This document shows positions 29,841 to 40,200 of a stretch of DNA of 64,000 nucleotides, in pieces. Position numbers and translations under genes: made by a program. Position 1 is the stretch's first letter. Each line of letters opens with the position of its first letter. Source of the DNA: Terrimicrobiaceae bacterium. GTDB lineage: Bacteria; Verrucomicrobiota; Verrucomicrobiia; Chthoniobacterales; Terrimicrobiaceae. The DNA is taken from NCBI GenBank assembly GCA_041752695.1, contig JBGSVZ010000066.1, forward strand, positions 32,001 to 96,000. The letters run 5' to 3'. Below the pieces are notes generated by a model. The model saw nothing but the letters and a program-made list of their open reading frames with translations. It ran no database searches and had not been told where the DNA came from.

Positions 29841-32237
29841 ATGAACTGCCATCGCATCCTGCTCCCTCCCTCCGGCCACCTCGCTAATGCCAACACCCGG
29901 CAGCGGCATCCGGCGGAAAACGCGGCCTGGATCTGGCATCCCTCGCGTCCCGTTGGTGAGACTGCCATCCTGCGCTTCACGCTTTCGTTCGAGCTGTCCG
30001 AGCCCGCAAGCCCGGTGATCCACGTGACCGGCGACCAGCGGTTCCAACTTCGCTGCGATGGAAACGAGGTTTCGTTCGGCCCCGACCGCTGCGATCTCGA
30101 ACATTGGACCGTGCAGAGCCTGCAACTCGATCTGGAGTCGGGGCGGCACACCTTCGAAGCCATCGTCTGGTGGCTGGCCGACCCGGAAGCGGCCTCCCGC
30201 ACCGACCAGTCCGGTGCCGATCCCTTGCCGAGACCACCGATGGCGCAGATGACCTGGCGCGGGGGATTTCTTCTTTTTTCTGAAGACCTTCCGGTCTGCA
30301 CCGGCCAAGCCGATTGGATGGTGGCCGACCTGACGTCCTCCGTGCGGCTTTTCCGCCAGCGCATTCCGCAATACTTCGATGTGGGACCATCGTATGAATT
30401 TGACCTGGCCACCTGGAGCGGTGGAGAGACCTGCACCGCTGCCGTCGTGACCGAACCGCTGGAACAAAACGTTTACGGCGTACGAAGGCCGGGCTGGTGC
30501 CTGCACCCGGCAAGCCTGCCCGAGCAGCGCCGGCAATTTTGGACCGGTGGAAAGATCCGCGCCGTGCGGGCAGGGTGGGGGGAGGAAGCTTTCTGCGAAT
30601 CTGCCGACGCGGCCTGGCAATCGCTTCTTGAGGGAGGAGAGATCGAAATCCCGCCGCATTCTGAGGTGACCGTGCTTTGGGATATGGAACACTATCGTTG
30701 CGGTTATCCCGCACTCTCCGTTCGGGGAGGGGATGGTGCCCGTATCGAGTGGGATTGGGCGGAGGCCTTGTATGAGGCTCCGAACTCCAGCGCGGTCGAT
30801 TCTGTCACTCCGAAAGGCCATCGCGGCGAGATCCAGGGAAAATCGTTCCTGGGTTTTGGCGACCGCTGGCGGATTGGTCCTGATGGCGGGCAGATGCCTT
30901 TCCTTTGGTGGAGATCCGGCCGTTATGTCCGGGTCCGGTTGCGGACCGCTGACCATCCGCTTCGCATTCAGAAGCTCGGGATCCTCGGCACCGGTTATCC
31001 CTTCGAACGCTCGGGGGGCTGGACCTCCTCCGATCCCGGATGGGACAGGCTCTTTCCCATCTTCGAGAATTCCTACCGGTGTTCGGCCCACGAGCAGTGG
31101 ACAGACTCGCCCTACTACGAACAAATGGGTTATGTCGGCGATTCGCTCCTGCATTCCCTCTCGAGCTACGTGCTCTTCTCGGACGATCTTGTCACCCGGC
31201 GGTCGATCGAGCTGTTCGAGTGGTCACGTCGTCCGTCCGGGCTCGTGGCGGAACGGTATCCCTCGGCCTGGCGGCAGGAGAGTGTGACGTACTCCATGCT
31301 CTGGTTGATGATGGTCCGCGATTTTGTCAACTGGCGCGACGAACCGGAGTTTATCAGCGGTTTGCTCCCCGGCGTGCGTGGAGTGATGGCGGAAATCGAA
31401 GCTTTGCGCCACGAGAAGGGTCTGCTGGTGGAGGCTCCAGGATGGCCGTTTATCGATTGGGTGCCCGAATGGGACACGGGCTGCGGGCCGGGCGTGCGCG
31501 AGGGGGATTCCAGTATTTTTAACCTCCACTATGTGCTTTGTCTCCAAGCCACTGCTGAAATTGAAGACGCCCATGGCGATCCCGTGCTGGGAACTCGGTG
31601 CCGTCTCCTGGCCAGCGAAGTTTTTTCGGCCGTTCTCTCCCGCTACTGGGATGAAAAGCGCGGCCTGCTGCTCGATACCGTCGGGCACGCCAAAGCCAGC
31701 GAACACGCCCAAGTGTTTGCGCTGGTCACCGGTCTCCTTGATCCTGAAAAATCCCAGCTTTGTCTGAAGGCTCTTCGCGATGAGGAGGACCTCAGCAGAA
31801 TGACCATCTACGCCGCATTCTATCTCCTCGACGCCCTGTACCGTCACGGCGAGGAATCCGGGTTTCACCGGCAACTCGAATTTTGGCGCGCTCTGCCCGC
31901 GCTTGGCTTCACCGCCACGCCCGAAGCTCCAGAACCCACCCGGAGCGACGCCCATGCCTGGGGGTCCCACCCGGCTTGGCATTCGCTGGCCTCGATCGCT
32001 GGCATTCGGCCCGCCGCTCCCGGTTTCCGCCGCGTCCGCATCGCCCCCTGTCCGGGGCCAATAAAAAACATTAAGTGTTCCATGCCTCATCCTCGCGGCC
32101 TCATCGAGGCGACACTGGAATTCGTCGCGGAAAACGTGTCCGCCACCATCACATTGCCTCCAGGCCTGGCGGGAACCTTCCTCTGGCGAGGCTCCGAGCA
32201 TGAACTCTTGGCCGGCACCAACCGCCTGCTGGCCTGA
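29841..32237 (+). CDS. Alpha-L-rhamnosidase-like glycoside hydrolase (GH78)
   Basis: TDSPYYEQMGYVGD, FIDW, GFTATPE, RSDAHAWGSHP, GIRPAAPGF, PHPRG. Confidence 0.85.
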   Translation: MNCHRILLPPSGHLANANTRQRHPAENAAWIWHPSRPVGETAILRFTLSFELSEPASPVIHVTGDQRFQLRCDGNEVSFGPDRCDLEHWTVQSLQLDLESGRHTFEAIVWWLADPEAASRTDQSGADPLPRPPMAQMTWRGGFLLFSEDLPVCTGQADWMVADLTSSVRLFRQRIPQYFDVGPSYEFDLATWSGGETCTAAVVTEPLEQNVYGVRRPGWCLHPASLPEQRRQFWTGGKIRAVRAGWGEEAFCESADAAWQSLLEGGEIEIPPHSEVTVLWDMEHYRCGYPALSVRGGDGARIEWDWAEALYEAPNSSAVDSVTPKGHRGEIQGKSFLGFGDRWRIGPDGGQMPFLWWRSGRYVRVRLRTADHPLRIQKLGILGTGYPFERSGGWTSSDPGWDRLFPIFENSYRCSAHEQWTDSPYYEQMGYVGDSLLHSLSSYVLFSDDLVTRRSIELFEWSRRPSGLVAERYPSAWRQESVTYSMLWLMMVRDFVNWRDEPEFISGLLPGVRGVMAEIEALRHEKGLLVEAPGWPFIDWVPEWDTGCGPGVREGDSSIFNLHYVLCLQATAEIEDAHGDPVLGTRCRLLASEVFSAVLSRYWDEKRGLLLDTVGHAKASEHAQVFALVTGLLDPEKSQLCLKALRDEEDLSRMTIYAAFYLLDALYRHGEESGFHRQLEFWRALPALGFTATPEAPEPTRSDAHAWGSHPAWHSLASIAGIRPAAPGFRRVRIAPCPGPIKNIKCSMPHPRGLIEATLEFVAENVSATITLPPGLAGTFLWRGSEHELLAGTNRLLA

Positions 32238-32280
32238 TGCGTTTAAATCGTGAATTTTTATTGACCAATCACCAAAAAAT

Positions 32281-32294
32281 ATCCATCGTGTGAT
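32281..32294. promoter_or_regulatory. Regulon operator site 2 (ATCCATCGTGTGAT)
   Basis: Downstream of TTGACC (32261), 43 nt before the PEP-CTERM gene start. Confidence 0.65.
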
Positions 32295-32337
32295 TAACGC
32301 AATCGTTTCACCCCTGAATTACCCCTCGCTGCTTCCT

Positions 32338-35244
32338 ATGATTACCCCATCTTTTCGGCTGATTTCATCGTCCCTGGCCATCCTTGCCTTGTGCGCCTCC
32401 TCCAACCGCCTGCACGCCGCGAGCGCGACTTGGACCGGGGCTAACAGTGGGGTTTGGAACGACGCCGGTAACTGGTCGCCATCCATCCCGGGGACTCCCG
32501 GTGGTGCCACCACGGATGCTGCCACCTTTAACAACAGCACCAACACCGCGATCACGGTGGATGCCAACCGCACGGTGGGTCAGATGCAGTTCGATACGGG
32601 GGCCGGAGGATTTCGGTTCACGGGGGGTCCGCTTATCCTCAGCGGAACTGGGGCGACGGCCGCGCAAATCATCTTGAGCGCAGGTACCAACAGATCCCAG
32701 ACGTTCGATTCGAACATCACCTTGTCGACGCAAACCTCGATCACTTTTTCGAATGCCTCCACGACGGCTGGAACGGTTTTCAACTTGAATGGCAACCTGA
32801 CCACGAGGCCGACTGGGGGAAATATAAATTTTAATGGGGCGGGAACGGGTATCATTGTTCGGGGAAATATCACCGACAATGGGGCAGGCGTTACTAATAT
32901 TGCCAAAGACTTTAATCAGAGCAACACTCTGATCCTTAAGGGGAATAACTCCTACACGGGCTTGACATCGCTGGTGCGTGGGGAGGTCTACTTTGATTCC
33001 GTTTCGATGGTCGGTGGAGGCAGCAGTTCATTTGGTGCCCAAACGACGGCCGCCAACGCAAAAATTACGGTAGCGGCTTCGACGACAAGCGCGGAATTTT
33101 CGCTCGTTTACACTGGCACGGGAAGCACTACCGACCGAGCGATTGATATCGCTCCAGGCGCATCAGCTACGATGGGTGCCAACCTGACTACGTACGGAAC
33201 AGGCGCTTTGCAGTGGGATGGCGGAATCAGTTCCAGTGGATCGAGCGGAGTGACCCACAGTTTTACTCTGGCCGGAGCCAACACTTCGGAAAACCGGGTG
33301 GGTGGTGTTATCTCCAATTCCGCATCGAGCGGTGCGACGTCGCTCACCAAATCCGGGCAATCGACGTGGAACTTAACCGGCGCGAATACTTACACCGGCA
33401 ACACTAATATTGGCGAAGGTCTCCTGCGTCTTGATTTCTCGAACGCATTAGCTCCGGCCACGAACATTATCTCGTCATCGAGTGCGCTCGTCATGGAAGG
33501 GGGGACTCTGGCGCTGCGTGGGAAGGCCTCCGGAGTTTCGTCGCAGACCGTAAACAATCTGACGCTCAACGTCGGCCATTCGAAGATCCTGGCCGACGGC
33601 AATGGTGGCACTTCAACAACGCTTGCTTTGGGCGCGATCACGCGCTCCGGCACCGGCGCGACCTTGGATGTCTCTCTGGCCTCCACAGGTGCTGTGACGA
33701 CGACGACCTCCACCATGACGAACTCGGTGATTTCAAATGGCGGGGTAGCCTATGCCACGGTTAACGGCAGCGACTGGGCGACTTACAATGCAGGTAACAT
33801 CGAGGCCCTTTCGACCTACCAGACAGCCACCAACCCAGGATCCTGGGCTTCAACCGACAATGTCAGCCTTTCGGGCAATCCCTCAGCCAACGTGGGGACC
33901 CAATCCATCAATACACTACGCTTGGATGCGGCATCGACAGTAACCATCACCGCCGGGCAAACCCTGACAGTGGGTGCGGGTGGAATCCTGATGACCGGCA
34001 CGGGAAACACGTTGATCACAAGCGGAACACTCAAAGGTTCCGGTAGTGCGACCAAGGAATTGGTGGTCTATCAAAACAAATCTTCGGGCACAGCGGAGAT
34101 CTCCTCCGTCATCGCCGACAACACTGCGGCCACGACCTTCACCAAGGCCGGGAACGGAACACTTACCCTGAGCGGCAGCAACACCTACACCGGCAACACG
34201 GTGATTTCGGGAGGCGTGCTCAAAGTTGCGGGTGTCGCCAACTATGCAAACCGGGGAATAGTCTTCAGCGGAGGTGTGCTGGGACTGAGCGGTGGTGACC
34301 TGACAGGTCTCACGTTGGGAGTAGGAGCAGCCAATCGGGTGAGTTGGACAAACAGCGGGGGCTTTGCCGCCTACGGGGCCGACCGCACGGTCTCCTTCAC
34401 GACCGCACCCGTGTGGGGCAGCACTGGAAACTTTTTGGGCACACAGGATGCCCTTAAGCTATCCGCCGCTGATTCCGATGCCAAAATCATTTTTGCCAGC
34501 GGCATTAATCTTCAGAACGCGGGTTCAACCACGGTTGCTCCCAAGCAGATTGAGGTGGCCAACGGTGGCGCCGCGGTGGATGCCGAGATCAGCGGGGTGC
34601 TCTCCTCGGGATCGCCCAACGGCGGACTTGTCAAGACAGGTGCCGGCACGCTGCTCCTCAGCAACACGAACACTTACGGCGGTGTCACTTACATTTCGGC
34701 GGGAACGCTCATTGTCAATGGTTCCATCGGCAATTCGATGCTGACCACCGTGGCCTCGGGTGCTACCCTCGCAGGGACGGGAACCACGGCTCAGATCGAA
34801 ATCATGGCCGGCGGTGCCATCGCCCCTGGCAACGGCATCGGCGGACTCAACGTCAGTCAGAACGGGAACAGTGACCTGGTCTGGAACGGTGAGACCAGCG
34901 GATCCTTCGGACAGATGAAGTTCGAACTCGCCTCGGGAAGCAGCTCCTCCGATCAACTGAATCTGGGGGTTGGGATGCTGAACAAAGGTTCGGGCACGAC
35001 ATTTACCTTTGACTTCCTGGGCACGGGTGGAGCGAGTCAGACCTACACGCTCATCAACTTCGGATCGACAGATTTCACGGTGGGTGATTTTAGCTACACC
35101 AATTTGTCCTCCGGACTCACTGGTACCTTCTCGCTCAGCGGGTCGACCCTCCAGTTCACGACGGTTCCTGAGCCCGCGACCTTGGGCATGGTGGCCTTCA
35201 GCCTTACCACGATGCTGATGCTCCGCCGCCGCAAACGCGACTGA
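32338..35244 (+). CDS. PEP-CTERM surface protein with autotransporter-associated beta-strand repeats
   Basis: Signal peptide; repeats such as LTKSGQSTWNLTGANTYTGNT, FTKAGNGTLTLSGSNTYTGNT, LVKTGAGTLLLSNTNTYGG; C-terminal VPEP + TM helix + RRRKRD. Confidence 0.93.
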   Translation: MITPSFRLISSSLAILALCASSNRLHAASATWTGANSGVWNDAGNWSPSIPGTPGGATTDAATFNNSTNTAITVDANRTVGQMQFDTGAGGFRFTGGPLILSGTGATAAQIILSAGTNRSQTFDSNITLSTQTSITFSNASTTAGTVFNLNGNLTTRPTGGNINFNGAGTGIIVRGNITDNGAGVTNIAKDFNQSNTLILKGNNSYTGLTSLVRGEVYFDSVSMVGGGSSSFGAQTTAANAKITVAASTTSAEFSLVYTGTGSTTDRAIDIAPGASATMGANLTTYGTGALQWDGGISSSGSSGVTHSFTLAGANTSENRVGGVISNSASSGATSLTKSGQSTWNLTGANTYTGNTNIGEGLLRLDFSNALAPATNIISSSSALVMEGGTLALRGKASGVSSQTVNNLTLNVGHSKILADGNGGTSTTLALGAITRSGTGATLDVSLASTGAVTTTTSTMTNSVISNGGVAYATVNGSDWATYNAGNIEALSTYQTATNPGSWASTDNVSLSGNPSANVGTQSINTLRLDAASTVTITAGQTLTVGAGGILMTGTGNTLITSGTLKGSGSATKELVVYQNKSSGTAEISSVIADNTAATTFTKAGNGTLTLSGSNTYTGNTVISGGVLKVAGVANYANRGIVFSGGVLGLSGGDLTGLTLGVGAANRVSWTNSGGFAAYGADRTVSFTTAPVWGSTGNFLGTQDALKLSAADSDAKIIFASGINLQNAGSTTVAPKQIEVANGGAAVDAEISGVLSSGSPNGGLVKTGAGTLLLSNTNTYGGVTYISAGTLIVNGSIGNSMLTTVASGATLAGTGTTAQIEIMAGGAIAPGNGIGGLNVSQNGNSDLVWNGETSGSFGQMKFELASGSSSSDQLNLGVGMLNKGSGTTFTFDFLGTGGASQTYTLINFGSTDFTVGDFSYTNLSSGLTGTFSLSGSTLQFTTVPEPATLGMVAFSLTTMLMLRRRKRD

Positions 35245-35323
35245 ATCACAATGGCCCGGACGGGGTGAAAGCGAAGAATCGTTTCGCAAGGCTCGCAATA
35301 GCGCTTTTTAGATGGGGTCGGTT

Positions 35324-35356
35324 AAATGGATGGTGCAGGGAGCACCATCCATTTTT
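35324..35356 (+). terminator. Rho-independent terminator after the PEP-CTERM gene
   Basis: Perfect 13-bp stem AAATGGATGGTGC-AGGGA-GCACCATCCATTT plus TT. Confidence 0.7.
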
Positions 35357-35554
35357 CCGTAAATGGGCAGGAAGCATTTTGGGGAGTGGGCTTTCTTTTC
35401 GATCTGGCTGTGCGTTTGGTTCGAACGCGCGCCCTGTGTTCCCGTGCACTGGCCTCCAGCGGCTTTCCTCGGAATTTCCAACGCGGCGCGGATTCGAATT
35501 GTTTTGTTGGCACAAGGCAATTGTTACGCGCGTCGGATTCTCGGGAACAAATAC

Positions 35555-35602
35555 TTGACAGGGCCTGCTAGGTACATACATTGACAACATCTCAGGATTG
35601 AT
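35555..35602 (+). promoter_or_regulatory. Sigma70-like promoter (TTGACA-N16-TACATT) and operator site 3 (ATCTCAGGATTGAT, 35589-35602)
   Basis: Read directly; 27 nt before the cassette B start. Confidence 0.7.
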
Positions 35603-35629
35603 ATCCCCGATTATTAGGTTACCCCCAAA

Positions 35630-36109
35630 ATGACCGTATCTTCTTATTATCCTTCCGTCAGGATATCGGCTGGCGTGTTCCGCCCGTCGAGTCGGGCGGG
35701 CTTTTCCTTGGTGGAGGTGCTTTTGGCGACAGCGCTGGTGACTTTCGCCATGCTGGTGATTTTTTCTTTGATTCCCGCCGGCCTTTCGAGTTTGCAGGAT
35801 ACCAACCGGCAGATCGTCGAGACCGAAATTTTCAACACGGTGGGAGCCGAGATGTCATCAACTCCCTTCGCCAGCCTGGATACCTACTCGGCAAATCGGT
35901 TTCCGCGGTTTTTGGACAACGAGGGCCTGGAGGTTGCGCAGGCGGAGGACGCGGCATTTACGGTCCGCTGTGTGGTGACAAACTCCACGGGGCCGGGGTC
36001 GGGGGAGTTGCGGCGGGCGACGGTCTCGATCGGTTACCGGCGTGATCCGAACGCTCCGGGTGCGAAAACGACAAAGCGGTCATTCCTTTTGGCCAACCGG
36101 GGATTTTGA
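35630..36109 (+). CDS. Verru_Chthon cassette protein B (prepilin-like)
   Basis: RAG|FSLVEVLLA N-methylation motif, LIPAGL, FLDNEG. Confidence 0.85.
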   Translation: MTVSSYYPSVRISAGVFRPSSRAGFSLVEVLLATALVTFAMLVIFSLIPAGLSSLQDTNRQIVETEIFNTVGAEMSSTPFASLDTYSANRFPRFLDNEGLEVAQAEDAAFTVRCVVTNSTGPGSGELRRATVSIGYRRDPNAPGAKTTKRSFLLANRGF

Positions 36110-36111
36110 GG

Positions 36112-37272
36112 ATGCGTACAGATCCCCCCAAAAAATATGGCCAGGGAGCCTTTACGATCCTGGAGTTGCTGGCGGCGGTCGCCGTTCTGCTCATTGTGAT
36201 GATGGTGATGCTGCAGATCACCGGGAGCGTGGGCCAGATTTGGAAATCCAGCACGGGGAAAATCTCTGCGTTTCAAAATGCGCGGTCGGCCTTTTCCGCA
36301 GTGAATCGCCTCCTCGCCCGCTCGACCCTCAACACCTACAATGACTATGTCAACGCGGCGGGGGAGAGCCGGACGTCCGCCAATCAAGCGACCTTCGCCC
36401 CGGTGCGTTTCGCCCGGGCCTCCGAGTTGCATTTTCTTTCCGGGCCGGCCGCGCAGATTGTTCCGGGAGGGGATGCCGCAAAGAACCCCGGCGACGCCAT
36501 GTTTTTTCAAGTGCCGCTGGGAGAGACGGACGATACCCAGTTAGCCAACCTAAACCGCACGCTGAATTCGACCGGATTGTATATCCAGTATGGAGACGCG
36601 GATGCCAGCCTTATGCCGGATTGGCTGAAGCCGCTTTTTTCGTCGACCAAACGGTTTCGGCTAATTCAAATGGTGGAGCCGACGGAGAACCTGAACGTGT
36701 ACACGGCGACATCGGGTGGCACCTACCCGGCGAATCCTTCGGATCCCGCCGGTTGGCTCGCGTCCTTCAAGACTCCCGTCACCAGCCCGCAGCCCCGGGC
36801 CAGAGTGCTGGCTGAGGATGTTTCGCTGCTGGTGATTCGTCCTCGGCTTGCTCCCGACGACGAGGCACTGACCGCTCCGGCCCTCGGGGCAACGTTTAGT
36901 GATGCTACGCAGAATTCGATTCTCAGCCCCAACTACCATTATGACTCCAGGGCCTGGCAGAGCGGCTATCCGGGCGGCAGAGTCTCCGCGGCGGGAGGCA
37001 CCCTGACCCGGCCCGAACTGATGCGCAATCAACTGCCGCCGATTGTCGATGTCGCAATGGTCTGCGTGGACCGCCGATCGCTGGCCCGGTTCGACCAGAC
37101 GGGAGCCACGCCTCCGGTGGAACTTCAAGTGCCTGCCGGACTGTTTGTCGACAGTTCCAAGCTCGACGAGGATCTCGCTGCCTACAGTGCGCAGCTTTCC
37201 AATGAAAAAATCCGCCACCGTGTCTTCCGCAGTTCGGTCGATATTCAAGGGGCGAAGTGGTCGAATAATTGA
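36112..37272 (+). CDS. Verru_Chthon cassette protein C (prepilin-like)
   Basis: GA|FTILELLAA, FQNARSAF, TLNTY.DY, SELHFLSG, FFQVPLG, RNQLPP. Confidence 0.88.
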   Translation: MRTDPPKKYGQGAFTILELLAAVAVLLIVMMVMLQITGSVGQIWKSSTGKISAFQNARSAFSAVNRLLARSTLNTYNDYVNAAGESRTSANQATFAPVRFARASELHFLSGPAAQIVPGGDAAKNPGDAMFFQVPLGETDDTQLANLNRTLNSTGLYIQYGDADASLMPDWLKPLFSSTKRFRLIQMVEPTENLNVYTATSGGTYPANPSDPAGWLASFKTPVTSPQPRARVLAEDVSLLVIRPRLAPDDEALTAPALGATFSDATQNSILSPNYHYDSRAWQSGYPGGRVSAAGGTLTRPELMRNQLPPIVDVAMVCVDRRSLARFDQTGATPPVELQVPAGLFVDSSKLDEDLAAYSAQLSNEKIRHRVFRSSVDIQGAKWSNN

Positions 37273-37273
37273 T

Positions 37274-40200
37274 ATGAAAGCTCTTCACCGGCAGCGGGCC
37301 TTCGCCCTGGTTCTCGTTCTGATTGTCATCGTGCTCACTGCGACCATGGCCGTATTTTTCCTCGCCAGCGCGGGGCAGGAGCGCCGGGGCGTCGACCTCT
37401 ATGGCCGTGGGAGCCAGACGCGGCATCTGGCCGGCATGGCCGTGAGTCGTGTGATCGGACAAATCGGGTCGGCGACCAAGGAAGCGACCGCCGCAGATCC
37501 GGTCGCCTGGGCGTCGCAGCCGGGAATGATCCGGACGTACGGTCAGGACGGAAATCCGAGGAACATTTACAAACTGTATTCTTGGGAATCCGATCTCGCG
37601 CAGACGGGGGTCGGATACACGCCACTGGGCACCAGCGAAGTGCCTCCGTCCGGCTGGAAAGACTCGCCTCAGGTGTTCACCGATTTAAATCACCCCATCA
37701 ACGGTCTTTACCCGATCGTCGATCCCGCCGCCGAGAATGCGGTCGAAGGGTTTTCCATCGACAAGACCAATGCCGCCGTCTCCGGATCGGGCTCGGAAGC
37801 GCCGATGCCGGTGAAATGGCTGTATGTTCTGGAGGACGGCCAGATGGTCGCAGGAAGCTCACCTTCCGGGTCAACCGTCACGGTCGCGGGCGCGTCAACG
37901 GCCAATCCTGTCGTCGGTCGTGTGGCGTTCTGGACCGATGACGAGACGAGCAAGGTTAATATTAACACGGCGAGCGAGGGAGTCTTCTGGGATGTTCCCC
38001 GTTCGGGGTCGAGGGACGATGTCCAGTTCGCGGGAAATCCCCCGGTTAACTACGAGTTTCAACGGACGCCCGGGCATCCGTCCATGACGTCTTTGAGTGC
38101 GGTCTTTCCCGAGCTGCTCACGGAGGCTGCCTTGGATCCGACCCAGACACGTTGGGGATCCGACTTTGTGGCAGAGGTGCAAAAGCTCTATGCCATGTCC
38201 CCGCGCATCGCGTGGGGAGCCGCGGGAGAAGGTTCCCAGGGCGGGAGGTTTCCCATCACGAGTTATTCGTTCAACTATGGACCAGCGAGAGATGCCATCC
38301 CCTTGAGCACTCTGCCAAAAAAGATCACGTTGGATTCCGATCGGCTTTACGTATCCGCGGATGATTTCTGGTTCAAACCAGACCGCGCAGCCAATGAGGC
38401 TTTTGCTGGCAAACTGACCGCCGCCGATTTCCAGAAACGTCTCTTTTTCCTCACGGCCAGCAGCCGTGCTCCGGAAACCACCCTCTTTGAGACTCCTCGG
38501 GTCAGCTTGTGGCCCATTACCTGGCCCAACGTCTCTTCCTACTTCGTGACCCGGAACGCCATCGGAGGGCTACCCGCCAAGTACAAGTCTCCCACACCGC
38601 AGAATCCTGAGACAACCAAGCTGGCCGACATCAATCCCGTTTGGATCACCGCTCAGGAACGTCTGCTGGCCTTCTGCGCGAGCTTAAATACTCAGAATGC
38701 CAATGGAGGAGACCGGTATTTTTTCCAGAGAAAAGATCCGGACAGTCCGGTCAACGACTGGGACAACATCCCCAGGAATCAGGTTTTGGTGAACTATCTG
38801 ATTCGCCAAATGCGCGAGGAGGTTCCGGGTTATGGCAGTTCCTTGCAGAGCGGCTTGGGCGGCAGCGCTCCCACCACGGCCTGGATCGCCTTCAACGCGT
38901 TCGATTACGTGCGATCTTTTGTAAACCAATACACCGCTCCCGATGCGCAGGAAGGGATTCGGTATTCCTTCGCGGGAGTGAGCTTCCGGAATGGGAGAAT
39001 GGGGGGAGTGTCCATGAATGCGCTCAATGAGCCGAATGCGAAAACGCCCACGCCTCTCCGCGCGAACATCGAGGGCGTCGAGCAACGCGGTATCGGCACC
39101 CTGCCGGTTTTGGAGGAAGCGGCGCTCGCTTTTTACGCGGTCGAACGCAATGAGCCTGTTCCTCCGGTTTTGCCTCCGGGCATCACCGACCCGGAAGATC
39201 CCGCATATCCGGAGTGGCGGGATCCTTACAATTGGACAAACCTCATCAACCTGGACGCCACGAACGGGTATCCTGTGGGGGCCCAGACCACAAAGATGCG
39301 GGCGGTCATGCTCCTGGATTTCACCGGGTTGGAACCTGGAGTCAGCATCAAGCCGACTTTTTGGGTAAAAGTCAAAGGGGACTCATTTCGGGTCAACGGG
39401 AACCCCATTGGGTTTCCATCCGCCAGTGGTTTTACCGCGCAGGTGACTTTGTCCACTGCCGTCACCACGAGTCCATCGGTCACTCCTCTGTATAAGAAAG
39501 ACGGACGGCCCAAGATCTTCAGCAATAGCGAGACCGGCGCCACGGTCTGGCAGTTGGTTAGCAATGATATTCCCGTAAACGCTGGAGCCCTAAACTTTCA
39601 GTTTATTGGTTCGCCGACCACGATCGAGATCTACGCCTGCGACCCGACGAACATCGACACGGATCCGACCAACAACCCCGCTCGAAAAATTGCGGAAAAG
39701 ACGGTGGACTTCAGTCAGTGGGATTCTCCGAGTCTGCCCATGCCGATGGCCCCCCGCTGGGGCATGTCCAGTCGCGCTTATCGGTTCGACAATGCCGGCA
39801 CCCTGATCCCTGGGCAGACTGGACAACTGCCCGGCAGCTCACGTTCCAAGACGGCTGCTCCGACGGCCAAAGATAATATGGCGAAATTTAGCCGGGTTGC
39901 CGTAGGCGATGCTTGGCAGCCCAATCCCACCTATCAAAATTTTCCCGGAGCCGCTCATCCCAACACGACGTGGGCCTGGGCCGAGTATGCCTCGTCCATC
40001 ACGGCACCTACCGATGCGATGCCTGATATTCGCAGCGCTTCAACCATTGCGCAATACCGACAGAACTCCACCACCTACGCGTATCGGACCAGCCTAGCCG
40101 GATGGACGCGCGACACCAATGATCCGGATGAAGCGCGTGAGTCGGGCGATTCCCTCCGAAATCTTTCGACAAATTTCCGCAAGCGGGTCGGGGCGGTCAA

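Noticed and set aside
27785..30436. Long antisense ORFs (883 aa here; also 25148..26977, 29604..31154, 3403..4986, 52129..53307)
   Set aside because: Shadow frames of well-supported genes in GC-rich DNA, with no family motifs.
32338..35244. Classical autotransporter (type V secretion)
   Set aside because: No C-terminal beta-barrel; the protein ends in a PEP-CTERM sorting signal.
35507..35523. Sigma54-like TTGGCAC upstream of the cassette
   Set aside because: No GC at the -12 position; a sigma70-like promoter with operator fits better.
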